Positions 11,795 to 24,700 of a DNA stretch of 64,000 nt are shown piece after piece (the first letter of the stretch is position 1; each line of letters begins with the position of its first letter). The notes beneath the pieces are model-generated. The model saw only the letters and a list, made by a program, of their open reading frames with translations. It was not told the DNA's origin and did not search any database. Position numbers and translations under genes: made by a program. This DNA is from Balamuthia mandrillaris (taxonomy: Eukaryota), in assembly GCA_031835245.2 (NCBI GenBank), contig JAVKOQ020000050.1:62001-126000 (forward strand), read 5' to 3'.

Positions 11795-13749
11795 CTAACA
11801 TTTCTTGGTCAAAAGGAAGAAGAGACGGGAAGAAACACGGCCTCCATCGTGGAAGCAGACGGGGAGGAGGATGAAGAGGAAGAGGAAAAGGAAGAAGAGG
11901 AAGAAGGGGTGGAAGAATTAAAAGGAGCTAGACCGCCTTGAGAGGAAAACAATCGGGTGGCATCAGCACCACATTGACTTGCAGCGACAGCGGCGTAATG
12001 CTCGTTTAGCTTTTGGGTGAAGTGAACGTATTGTTGATAGTAATGCTGGGTTTTTTTTTAAAAAAAAAAGAATAAAAAGGTTAAGAATAGAATGGGAAAA
12101 AAAAAGACAGAAGGACAAGAAGAAGAAGAACAAGAACAAGAACAAGCACAAGAACAAGAACAAGAACAAGAACAAGAAGAAGAACAATAAGAAGAAGAAG
12201 AACAAGAAGAAGAACAATAAGAAGAAGAAGAACAAGAAGAAGAACAATAAGAAGAAGAAAAAGAAGAAAAAGACGAACAAAAAGAGAAACGAAGAAAACA
12301 AGAGAAAGAAATAAACTGAGAGATCGTACTTCATATTCCTGGATTGTCATCAATTCTTTGTCTTGTGCCGTAACTTGGGTGATCGGAATGCTCTTATCCC
12401 CCACCTGAACCACCATTTCCTGTGCCAAAGCAGCCACCAACCTAACTTCCTCTTCATCCTTTTCCTCCACTTCCTCCCCTGCGTTGTCTTCAGTATCATC
12501 GTCATCGATAATGATGATGGATTCGTCTGCTTCCTTGTCTTTGCCTTTTTCTCTTTTCAGCTTCTGCAATTGCTCGAACCGTTCCAGTGCTGTTACTGCG
12601 TCGCCGGATGGACCCCAAAATTGCTTTCGCAGTGCTTCTGCGTATCTTTGTACATCTGTTCGTTGAATGGAACATCGTCGTCAGAGAAGAAGAATGGAGG
12701 GGAGGTAAACAAAGAAAACGAGAGAGAGAGAAAGAGAGAGAAAGAGAGAGCGAGAGAGAGAGAGAGAGAAATAATGCGCGTACATAAACTTTGCCAAGAA
12801 CCAAGCTGCGAAGACGGTACATCGGGTTTCCGTTCTTTCTCTTGTTTTACATCAGCAGGCGCTGTTGCCTTGCTCTGTTCTTCCTTCTTTCTCTTGTCCT
12901 CCTCCTCTTCATCCTTTTTTTCGGTTTTCACTGTAACCACATTCATCGCGTCTGTGTGTTTGTTCGTTTCTTCTTCTTTTTCTTTTCCTTTTTCTTCTTT
13001 GACTTGTTCCATCTTGACTGCATTCTCACTGATGCCATGAAAGTTAACACGATACTGTGAGATAACGTTACCGCCAAACTCAACGCCAAGATTGAGTGCT
13101 CCACCGATGGAGTCTTCCTCGTTTTGTTCATTGGAGAGCAGCTCTTCGCGTTCTTTTCGTTCTTGTTCTTCTTTCTCTTTTTTGATGCGCATCTCTTTCT
13201 TGAACTTGGAGGCCATCCATGGTGGTAATCCTATTATAATGAGAATTCGGTTGGGTGTGAGAAATAAAGGAAAGAAGAAGGAGAAAAAAAACAAGAAAGG
13301 AATTGCAAGATGCGATAAGAAAATAAATGAGACAGTAGCAGAAGAACCAGGAAGAGGAGGAGGACAAGAAGATGAGAAGGAGGTGAAGAAAAACACAAGG
13401 AGACTAAGAAACAGAACAAGAAGAGCAAGCAGAGAAAATTATGAGACAAACAAACGAACCAGACTCATCGCCGAGCATACGACTAAATGGACTGCTCTCG
13501 TTCTTAGCATTTTTGACCTCTGCTTTCTTAACCACCACTCCCGTGTCAGATATAGAAAGATTCCTGAGATCATATAGTCCGTTCATGCGAGCAAAGTCAT
13601 CCCTCTCCAAGTCGATGATAATGCTGTACTGAGCGGATTGAAGGTGAGAAAGGCGGGGGACCACCCCTCCTTCTGCCGTTGATGCTCTCTCGGCTTGAAC
13701 CACCGAGAGTGGAACCCATTGACCGCTGTTGAGAGAGAGAGATCAAAAG

Positions 13750-13781
<32 letters not shown>

Positions 13782-13941
13782 AGCAGAAAAAGACAAAAGA
13801 AGCGAGTTAGATGCCTTCTATTAATGTAAGAATCCACACTAGAGCGACGCACTTTTGAAGAACTACGGCTGACTTGTCGGAGCTAAAAGAAAGCATTGCA
13901 AGGCAGTGTTAAGTCAGCAGGAAAAAAAAAAGAAACAATAT

Positions 13942-13981
<40 letters not shown>

Positions 13982-14758
13982 GAACGGAGGAATTGTAATC
14001 TCATCAGTGCTCCTCAACAGGTCCACAATCGGTTTCAGCTGTTTGGCCATCATAGAGCGTCTGGCATGAGCGCTATGAGTGGTCTCTGCATTGCTCATTT
14101 CGTTTAACTCCACTTGACACGTTTCGCACTGAAAGGTGCCCGTCTCCATATTTAATATGCGAACAGCATCTAAATCGTTGTAACGCTGTCCGCATTGAGG
14201 ACATTCGTAGAGTTGATAGTCTACAGTGGAAGAGGACGAAGAGGATGAAAAAGAGGAGGACGAAGAGGATGAAAAAGAGGAGGATGAAGAGAAGCCAAGA
14301 TCGAGAACGAAGCCAGCAGAGGCACCGTCTTGAGAGGATACCTTTTGGTTGATGATGAAGAGCTTGTAACGGAGGACGTTGATAAAGTGTTTGTAGTCGA
14401 TGTACCAGTAACGTTGTTTATTGGAGTAGGTGCGACCGGTTAGCGTGTTAATGAGCTGTTCACTCAACGTTTCGCTGTGTGGAGAGAGAGAGAGAGAATG
14501 AGAGAAAGATAGAGCCGAGAAGAGAAGAGAGCCCCATGGGGAGAAGGGAGGAGGAGGAGGAAGAAGAAGAAGAAGAAGAAGAAGAAGAAGAAGAAGAAGA
14601 ACAAGAAGAAGAAGAAGAAGAAGAAGAACAAGAACAAGAAGAACAAGAACAAGAACAAGAACAAGAAGAAGAAGAACAGGAACAAGAAGAAGAAGAAGAA
14701 GAAGAAGAAGAAGAAGAAGAAGAAGAAGAACAAAGAACGAAGACGAGTTAGAAGAAAG

Positions 14759-14802
<44 letters not shown>

Positions 14803-15023
14803 AACACGAAAGGAAAGCGACGAACAAAAAACAAACCTTTTGACAAAATGGTCGGCTTTGAGCTGTGAGAGAAGAGCGCTCACCCGTTTGACTTGGAGGT
14901 GGACATAATGTGCCAGATCGACGTCCCTTACTCTGTTTCTCGCAAAGATGAGGAAAGAGAAGAAAGCAACAAGGAAGAAGAAGGAAGAAGAATGAGAAGA
15001 GGCTAGAAAGGAAGGAGATGAGG

Positions 15024-15074
<51 letters not shown>

Positions 15075-15347
15075 GGGGGAGAGAGAGATGAGAAAGAGAG
15101 AGCGAGAGAGAGAAGTGAGAACATACAGCCGGTTGGCGCGAACCATGGCATCGATAAGCACCACGTGTTCGTCGCTGTAGAAGGCCCTCACGACCATGCG
15201 CACCAGGTCCTCCAACACCCTTCTTCCGGTCCTTCGCGCGTTGACCACCACCGAAGTGGCCTTCTTGCCTGAGCCTCTTCCTGATTTTTTGGCGGCGGAA
15301 GAGCCCGCTCCTCCTCCTCTGCCTCCTTTCCCTCTTGCCCTCTTCAT
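11795..15347 (-). CDS. GTF2E1: General transcription factor IIE subunit alpha, multi-exon
   Basis: LVRMVVRAFY, YWYIDYKHFINVLRYKL, zinc ribbon YECPQCGQRYNDLDA...FQCETCQVEL, QLKPIVDLLR, C-terminal VQVGDKSIPITQVT..DKELMTIQEYE. Confidence 0.9.
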
Positions 15348-15395
15348 TCTGTTTTCTTTTCTTTCTTTTTTCACCAAAAATAAAAATGATAACAG

Positions 15396-15446
<51 letters not shown>

Positions 15447-15591
15447 GGAGAGAGAGAAGTGTGGATCAAACCACTTCTTTTCTTTCTTCTGTTTCTTTAA
15501 AGTTCATTCGTGACGACATGGTTCATTTCCAGGTCGGCACAAAATTTCTGCCACAAGGACGACACGATGATTCATTTCGACGAAATCTATT

Positions 15592-15684
15592 TACTAAGGA
15601 CGACATGGATATTATTTCGTGACGACGCGGGCGAAGAGTAGAGTGATGCGTCGTCACGAAATAATCTCCATGTCGTCCTTAGTA
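15592..15684. repeat. 37-bp near-perfect inverted repeat with 19-bp spacer (MITE-like or cruciform)
   Basis: TACTAAGGACGACATGGATATTATTTCGTGACGACGC (15592-15628) matches the reverse complement of 15648-15684 with one mismatch. Confidence 0.9.
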
Positions 15685-15999
15685 CACAGGCAAAGAAGAA
15701 GGCGTGGGATTTTATTCATTACCGGAGAGGAGCTGCGCGGCGAGAGACGACTGGCAAGAAAAAAAAAGAAAAAGAAACCAAACCGGCCGAGGCGAAAGAA
15801 GGAGGTAAGGCACTATTTATTTATGTTTCTTCTTCGTTCTCTCTCTCTCCTATTTTTTAAAAAAAAAACGACACTTATTTCAGCGTTTGACTTTTAGGAG
15901 AAGATTAGGACATTACGCGCGCACGCGGCTTTCCGTCGTTAAGTTGATCTCCTCTTTTTTTTCTTCTCTCTGGGAACAAAAAAAATAGTGTACACGACG

Positions 16000-16997
16000 A
16001 TGCGTCTTCTGCGACTCTCCATCTTTTGTATTTTACTGTTACTCCTTCTCGCCTCCTCCTCCGCTTCCTTCCCCTCTGCCGCTTTCTATTTGTCTTCCTC
16101 TTCCTCCAATTCTTCTTCTTCTTCCTCCTCCTCCTCCTCCTCCTCTTCCTCCTCCTCTTCTTCCTCCTCCTCTTCTTCCTCCTCCTCTTCTTCCTCTTCT
16201 TCCTCTTCCTCCTCCTCCTCCAATTCTTCTTCCTCTTCCTCTTCTTCTTCCTCTGCTTCTTCAGAAGACGGTCCACCAGGCCCCGTTCCCTTGGCTCCTT
16301 ATCTGCTCGCCACGGAGCAAGTGGCTTACCTCTTCCGCGACCCGAGTCCCGCTTTCTACATGACCTTCAACAAGACCACTCACCACGACACTTCCTTTTA
16401 CGCCTCCCTCAACCTTTCCTCTCTTCACGAATATTCTTCTCTCTCTTCCTCTCGTCCCTCTCATTCCTCTTCCCTCTCTTCTTCTGCTCCTCTTGCCTCT
16501 TCGACTTCAACCCCGACTTCAACTCCCACTTCGCTGCTTTCTTCCTTGGCCTCTTCTCTTTCTTCCTCTCTTTCCTCGCTTTCCTCCTCTCTGTTGGCGG
16601 CTTCTCTTTCTGCCTCCTCCTCCTTGCCTTCTGCAACCATTCCATGGACTTGGCCCTACATAGCCAAAGGACCCATCCCGGTTCCCCCTTACTATCCCGA
16701 CCTCAACGAGACCGATTCCAAGGCCCTCACCCTAAACTTTTCGACCCCGCTCGACGTTGTTTATCCTCCTTCTTCGCATGCTTTTGCTTTGTTTGGAGAT
16801 GCTCTTGGAAATGAGACGCTTCACGCGAGAATGAAGGTGGACGCCATGCTGTATTTGAACGATTCGTACTTTGTTTCGACCGAGGAAGAAAAAGACGGAA
16901 GCAACCGAGCAGCAGGACATGATAAAGATGCTATTAGCAACCATCTTACTCCAAGTACTATGTTGCTTCGTTTTAAGGTCTCTTATTTCTTCTGCCT

Positions 16998-17047
<50 letters not shown>

Positions 17048-18833
17048 CTTTTTTTCCTCTCTCTTCTCGTTACAATTGTACTAATTCTTTTTTGTGTAAC
17101 TATAGATAGAAGATTGGCCATTTTCAAGTATGCATCATGGCTTGACCTTAGATACAGTACTTCAGGCTTCTAGTAGTTCTTTGCACGTTTACAAGGTTTC
17201 TTCTTGTTCTTCTTTTCTTTTCTTTCTTGTTAAAATAAAATGGAGCTGATAAATAAACGTGACAAAGGCACAATACGAAGATTCCAACAATTGGAAGTTT
17301 ATAGGCATGCAAGGCGGCCCTAAAGATGTGGTCCTCTATCTTAGTAACAATGCTACCTTTACTTGTGACGGCGGTACGATTTTTCTCTGGCCACTGTTTC
17401 TTTTCATGTTTCTCCGCTTCTCTCTTATTTTTTAGCTCACCAAACAAAACCAAATAACAACTAAAATAAATTCAACAGAAACGGTGGTGAAGCCCATTGT
17501 TTCTTCCTTCCAACTAGAAGACTTCAGCTCCATTCGCGCCACTCTCTCATTCTCCTTTCCTCCTTTCTCCTCTATCTTTTCCTTTCAGCCCATTACTCCT
17601 TCTTCTTCCTCCTCCTCCTCCTCTGCCTCCTCTTCTTCCGCTTCCTCCGCTTCCTCCTCTTCGTCCTCCTCTTCTTCGTCCTCCTCTTCCTCCGGTCATG
17701 ACATGTGCACTTCGTCTTCCATTACCTATTGGGTATACATTCGTTTGCAGCCCGTTCAAAAGAATTTGTGGCAGTGGAGTCTTATCATGGTAGGTGGCCT
17801 TCTCGCAGCCAGTCTCGTTTTGGGCATCATCATCCTGTTTTGCTGCGTGAGGGGACGTTACAGGACACGCCTGGGGGAGGAAAGGAGGAAACTGGGCGTC
17901 GTGTCGAGGAAACAGTTTTTGTTGGCGTTAGAGAGACAGGAGTTGGATGGCTTTGAAGATTCGGATGAAGATGTGGAAAAAGTAGTAAGAGGAAGAAGCA
18001 GAAGCGGAACTATTGATAAAGAAAAAGTGAGAATTGAAGAGGAGGAAGAAGACGTAGATCTAGAAGCACAATTAGAAGAAGATGACAGTGGAACGTCAGC
18101 ATTATTGTCGAAGGAACAGCAACAACAAGGAAGAGCAGGAACAAACCAGACGAACTACTTTTTGGACAGTCAGCGTATGTCGGAGAACGAAAAAGAGAAA
18201 GAAAGAGAGAAGCACAAGATACTTTTTGAAATAGGTGATGATGCAAAAGCGGGCAATAAGAAGCAACAAAAGAAGGAAGACAAGAAAGCCAGAAAAGTGG
18301 TGAGGAGGACGAAGAAACAGAAGAAGAAGGAGCTGCGAAAGGCGCGAAAGGAGAAGGAAAGAGAGCGCAAGGAAAGAGAGATAGAACGATTGGAGCGCGA
18401 AATAGAGCAGCTCGAACGAGAGGAAGCCAATCTGAAGAACAAACGCAAACAGCAAAAGGGCAAAGAGGTGGAACATCTCCGATTGGATGCGGAGGAAGAA
18501 AAAGCCATCGAAGAGCAGGAAGGTCATCTTCTGGACGAACTGGAAGAGGCAGAGATAGAGAGAAGCAACGTTTTCACTCCTCTTCTTCCTTCTCAGCACC
18601 CTCCTCAGCATCCTCCTCAACCTCATCCTCAGCATCAGCATCTTCCTCTTCCGCCTCCTCTTTCTCCTATGGCCCCACGAACGACTTCATCCTTGGAGAC
18701 GAGTCCGAGCTTGAGCCCAAGAGAGCCGTTAACCCCGGAGGACAGGGAAAGAAGAAGGCAAAAAGAGGAAGAGAGAAAGAAGAAGAAGAACCGTCGGGCA
18801 GGCATTCGCATTATGGATTTTGAGGACTTTTAA
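16000..18833 (+). CDS. Single-pass type I membrane protein of unknown function, multi-exon
   Basis: Signal peptide MRLLRLSIFCILLLLLLASSSA, Ser-rich ectodomain, TM WSLIMVGGLLAASLVLGIIILFCCV, charged coiled-coil cytosolic tail. Confidence 0.7.
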
Positions 18834-19179
18834 GAAATAAAAAATTGGCGTTGCTGTTAATTATGCGATTACTTATTTTATAATTGGTTAGTTCAATATA
18901 ATACTATTACCCAGCACTTTCAAGTTTTTCCAAAATACTTTTTTTCCCACTTGTTACTTGTTTTATGGATAAACCCAGAAATTTGGAAAAACTTGATTGT
19001 GCATGGTAATAAACTTCTCTAATATAAAAGTCCAATAATACTAACTTTAATTTGCTAAACATTGTGTACACGATCAGTGGAGTTATCGTCCAATGTACAA
19101 AAACAAACAATAAACGAAAAAAATGCTCTTTTTGCGCTTTGCTTTCTCTCTCTCTTTCTTTTGTGTTGTTTCCTGTTTT

Positions 19180-19454
19180 TCAAGCCCGTAGGTGATTGGT
19201 GCAGTGGTAGCAGGTACACCGGCATTGAGGACAGGAGCAGTGCGCGACAACATTTCCACCAGAAGACATTCGCAACGAAGAAGAGGAAGAGGATGAGGAA
19301 GGCGAATAGTTGTACTTGTAGTCACCACTCGTCGCTGTTGTTGTTGTTGGGGTGGGCTGCGGCCAACCGGCACGATAATACGGCGCAGGAAGAGGGCGTT
19401 CATTAACCGTATTTGTCGTCTATTATCGATATAAAGAGGCGTAAGAATCCAGCG

Positions 19455-19493
<39 letters not shown>

Positions 19494-20702
19494 GTTACCT
19501 CTTTACCATAGAACCAATGCGCTTGTTGTGGTTGTTCGTAGGAGTCTTGTTCCTCTTGAGCCGGCAAACTCAACCAACGAAAATAGTCGTTTGAATAACT
19601 TGTCGAGAAAGGTAAGGCGCTTGTTGATTCGATGGAAGAGGAACCGGACTCAAACAACGGGCCAGGAGAGGACCTTCCGGAGGCACTGTCCGAATGACTG
19701 GGCGAAGAGGAACCTCCTCTTCCTGCCGCAGCTCCATAGCCACTGTCACTTCCATCTTCAGCGAAACAGCCTGCATCGAGCGAGGTTCTTTCAAGCTTGA
19801 TGCCGGAAGGATTGAATGGATAGCTTCTCGATATTGTTGTCATGGAGGACGAAGAAGTGGGTGGTGATGATGAAGAAGGTGCTTTTTTGTCTTGTCGAAT
19901 ATCGTCCAATAGTTTTCGCCACAAATGCTCCGTACTTTCTGAACCAGGAAGAGAGGGAGGAAGAGAATGAGGATGAGGTTGAGGGTGCGAGAGTTGAGAG
20001 GACGTAGAAGAGGGAGCAGAAGAATAAGCATAAGCAGAAGAAGAAGAGAGCTCAGAAGGGTTGGAATAGATTTGCGGTTCAGAGGAAGCTTGTTGTTGGG
20101 GATGGCGAAGTGGAGAAGAGGAAGAAGGACGTCTGGTAAGCGTAAAGTGCCTGAGTGTGGAGCCGCGTTTGCCGCGCCGACATTTGATGACCCCAGGAAA
20201 AGCCAAGCGGACAATCTTGCCAAAGATGGGGCGCGTGGCGGAGGGCAGGTTTTGGGAGGCGGAGAAGGCTCGGTAGTCGTGGTACATGGTTTCAATGGCG
20301 GTCGTGTGTTGTTCGCTCAGTTGGTAGTTCTCTCGTAACCTTCATTTTATAGAAGAAAAAAAATAACAATAATAAAATAGCATAAATAAAAAAAACGGAA
20401 TGAATGGATCGAATGTCAGAAAGAAATATACTTTTTTTTAAAAAAAAATTGAAAAGAGAGCAAAAAAACAAAAAAGAGGAGTGGGGAGTTGTGTGTTGTT
20501 TTGTTGTTGGTGGGGTGGTGGTGGTGGAAAAGAGAAGAAGAAGCAGGAAGTAACATTTAAAAAAAATAAAGTACCATGAGATGGTAGTTTTCTTGGCGAA
20601 GCTTTTCATGAACGTTTTAGGCATGCCCTTGGGGCGGTTGCCGTGGAGCACCGGGATGTTCCGACTGGCGTCACCAGCGACGTCGTCAGCGTCTCCTTGC
20701 AT
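19180..20702 (-). CDS. RFX winged-helix DNA-binding transcription factor with C-terminal Cys/His cluster (3 exons)
   Basis: Spliced TISWLRENYQ...IETMYHDYRAF...ATRPIFGKIVRLAFPGVIKCRRGKRG matches the RFX DBD pattern (WLxENY, FGKxIR, RRLGxRG). Intron 19420-19498 is phase 0; the last exon 19419-19180 ends HCSCPQCRCTCYHCTNHLRA*. Confidence 0.8.
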
Positions 20703-21725
20703 GATTCACTGCCTTAACCCAAAAAAAAAAGAGGTGGGCTGTTTTTTTTTTCTGTTATGGCTGACGAAGCGGAGGTGTGGAGCGTGCGATCCAACTATTT
20801 GCTTTTTTAAGAAGCAGTCTCCTGTTTTTATTTTTTATTCCTTTGTTTTGTGTTACTTCTCTTTTTCCTTTTGTTGTTTTTTTTTTCTAGCGAAAAAAGA
20901 AAGAGAGAATGCTTTGTGTGTGTGCTTTTTTTTTTCTTCTCCTCTTTAAAACTCTGCAAAACAACGCACAAAGAAGAAAAACAGAAAAATAGGAACCATC
21001 AGCTGCAATGGCAAATGGAACTCAATTCTTTTTCGTGTTTGCTGCTCATTGGTGCCGAAGAGAAAAAACAGCGTTTCATCATGCCTTTATCTATATCTAT
21101 TGTTCGAGTGATAACTCCAGATTTCGTAGAGTTTAAAACATCTACGCTTCGCAAGCGTTGCCTTAAAAGGAATCCGTTCCGGACGTCAAATCCCCGGATG
21201 GATGACCTTTTTTGTATTTCGGCCAATTAATAATCGCTATATTTAACATTAACTGTCCGAAGATAGCTTTTATGGCGCATAGAAAATCCGAAGAAATTTC
21301 AAATTTTCACGTGAGATAAAAATCCCCCGATTTGTTTGAAACCGGTAGATAAGGCCGATCAGCAAGTACAAATAAGCTGCGGTGAATTCCATAGTGCGAT
21401 AACGTCAAATCCCGAAAAATCGCCGGAATCCTTGCTGCACTCACACCCTAGTTAAGGTAATTATTCCACCTTAATAGCAGGTCGTACAACCTCCTTTGCA
21501 ACGCGCGAAAGCACTGCTTTGCCGCTTTGGTTGACGACTTGAAATCCTTAAAGAATTATGAAAATCGGGCGAAGCGCAATGGAGCACCGGGTTTTTATCT
21601 TTACGATAAGCATTTGTTAGGTGACTTGCCTTTTGCTAGATCATTTCAATAAAAACCACGGTTCTTTCTCACGTGAAAAAGGGTTTTGTCTATTTTTTTT
21701 TTCGCTTCGCCAAGCACTCAAGTTT

Positions 21726-24700
21726 TTATTTTGGTTGAACGTTTCGTTTGTTGCGGAAGAACGTTGCCAAGTGACTGAAAACAGGGCCGAAAGAAGTAGA
21801 AGACAGAGAAGAAGAAGAAGAAACAGAAGGAGGACAAGACGGCGAGGAAGAGAGACCAGAAGAAGAGAAAGAAGAGACGTGTTGTGGAGGGTTGCCCAAT
21901 CTAGAGGATATCCATTTTGGAAGCTTGGCAATTACACTTTGTCTTTGGTACCTGTGGGTGTTTTTGGTTTCGGTGTTTTTGCTGGTTTTTAGGTCTTGCT
22001 GTGACAAATCAAGAGAGAAGAAAGAGGAGAGAAGAAAGGAGAGTAGAAGCGGGAAACAGGAGAGAGATAGAGAGAGAGGGAGAGAGGGAGAGAGAGTGGA
22101 AGCAAGAAGAAAGAGAAGAGAGAGGAGAGGAGGAGACAAAAGGAAGAACCTTTGGTCGATGAATACGATGGCGGCATAGTCGTTGGCATGTCGAATGGCA
22201 CGCCCGATGGATTGGTTCACAGCCCTCATGCACAGGTTCTCATAGAAGGAAGATCCAGGAGTGGATGAGCTTTGCGTTTCTTGATGATGTTGGGAGATAT
22301 AGCGGATCTTTTCTTGAAGAATGGGGTCGCTTTTGTTTGGATAAGGGAGACCCACCATCACGATGCACCTGTTTCATCCACAGGAAGATGGTCAGACAAC
22401 GAACAACCATTTGGTAACTTTTGAAAGATATTTAAAGTTGAATGGACATCATCGAGAGAGAGAGAGACCTGGCTAAGCCATCGCTAAAGTTAATGCCTTC
22501 AGACATTTTACCGCCAACCACAGAGCAAAGCATGGCTCCTCCTTTTGCTGTGGCCGTTGAGGCAACACCACAACTGCTGTTGTTTCCTTGGGTGATGCAT
22601 TCTTTGTACTGCCGTAATGTTTCTGGAATGTCTCCTGCTTTCTTGGGCTCAACAAAAACCTTTTTCTTGGCGTTAAGCGTTTCCAGGAGTCCACTTTGTC
22701 GCCATGTGGACATGACGGAATCGGCGTACGCATACGATGGAAAGAAACAAACCAAACCATCTGGAATGACGTGACAAAGATTCAACAAAGCGTATCCCAA
22801 TTCTTCCATCTTGTTTGTTTGTTTTATTGTTAGTCAGTTCTTCTTCGAAGAACGAACAAGAGAAAGAGAGAGAGAGCAGAGAGAGAGAGAGCAGAGAGAG
22901 AGAGAGAGAGAAGAGAGAGAAGAGAGTAAGCGACGAACAAAAATAGAAGACAAACCAGTTTCGGAGAAGAACGGGATTGATAGGTAAAGTCAAATGGAAC
23001 ATCGGAAGGTCCCTTAGATAAGATCAGCGCCACGAGGTTCTCCTCCGGGATGACATGGCCACAAGAGAAGACGTGAAGCTTGGCGATGGCCTTGCTGGCT
23101 TTCCTCTCTCTTTCGGTTGCCGCCAATTCATTCAACGAATCGACAATGGCAGAAGATAACTTGACATTGTTGCTGCTGTCGTTTTGAGTTGAGGCAGACG
23201 ATGGAGAAGACTTGCATTCGGGAGACGGTTGATGCAAAGGTCCGAAGAGATGAGCAACGTAATCTGATAACTATCCAGCAGTTGTTTTTGGTTAGTGAAC
23301 AATAATAAAAGAGAGAATCGTAAAAGAGAACAGAAGAGAGGAATGAGAGTTTTCCCGCAGACGAGTAGGTATAGAGGTAAGATACCGGTTGCATAGTTCC
23401 GCCTGCAAGAATGAGGGCGTGAGCATCCTCCACCACTTCTTTAATGTGAGCTGCTGGATTGAGCAACACGAATTGAACTTTGGAATGTCTTTCATTTTCT
23501 GCATTTTTTGTGCGATTGTTCAGCATACACAGAGAATAGAGAAGAGAGCGGAGACAAGAGACAACGAGACAAGAGAGAAGAGCGAGAGAAGAGAAAAAGA
23601 GACAAGAGAAGAGAGAACAGAAGCAAAGAGATAAGCAGATATGATGTACGGGCATTGCGAGAGACAACAACTCGACCGTCCTTATTGGCATTTGTCATTG
23701 CCACCAGAAAGGCTTCCACCTGTCCCAAAGCCGGTCTGTGTTTTTCTATTTCTGCTTCTTTGATAAGGGAAAATAGACGGGCTTTTAACAAAGGATGGAT
23801 AAGAGAAATGTTACAAAAGACAAACCGTCTTCATCGTCTTCATCTGGAACAGCAATCCCCATTTCAGCATCCCACCTTTCAAAAAAGCCGTTCAACTTTG
23901 TTCAGAACGAGAAGCATATGTTAACAAATAAAGATAAACGAATAAGATAAGAGAGTGGCGTGAGTGACATCGAACCTTCCTTACAATGTCGCTGCGTTGA
24001 AAATACTTTTCTATCTTGAAGAGATTTAAGTGTTGAATCTTGCAACTCGCCGCAAAGTCATTAAGTGTAGATAAAGTTTGCAATTGTGACGAAACCGAAG
24101 AAGTGGAAGAAGAAGAGGAGGAGGAGGAAGAAGAAACTTCTTCTGTCTTGTAGCCTTCTTTTTGTGATTTGCATGTTGGTTGCAGCGAAGGAGGAGAAGA
24201 AACCTTTAGTGCTTTGATCAATGAACGAATGAAGAAAAGGATGCGTTCGATGTATTCCAGATTTTTTTGAAGCAGTCGAGAGGAGTATCTTTCTTTGTAC
24301 TGACTCAGCTGTGAATGCGCTTTCATCAACTTTTTCGATGATGAAGCAAAAAAACGAGGATATGAAGAAGCAAAAAAATAAGAATGTAGAAAGAGAAGAA
24401 AAGAAAGAAAGGAGAAGGAGGAAAGATTACTTGAGCCATTGAGAGTGAAGTACTATATATCTCGTTTATGGCATCAATAAGGTTATGCGCCTCGTCTACG
24501 ACCACAATGTTACCTTTGAGATCAATGCCCATTGACTCTCGTGTGCTTTTATGCAAAAGTGTTGCATAAGGCAACGTTACAAGCTAGCACAAATGTACAA
24601 TAACGTTTAGCTCACCAAATCAATGATGCAGAATAAAAACAAGAAGAAGAACCTCAGCAAAAGGTAGAGCTGCTCTGCTCCCATAGTAAGGGCAACATTT

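Noticed and set aside
19083..19403. ORF MNALFLRR... as the RFX last exon or a separate gene
   Set aside because: The phase-0 donor and nearest AG acceptor select a different frame (19419-19180); this ORF has no recognisable features
20950..21720. Long intergenic region upstream of RFX as a possible ncRNA; ACGTCAAATCCC occurs twice (about 21184 and 21403)
   Set aside because: No tRNA, snRNA, snoRNA or RNase P/MRP motifs recognised; the repeated 12-mer alone is too weak to call
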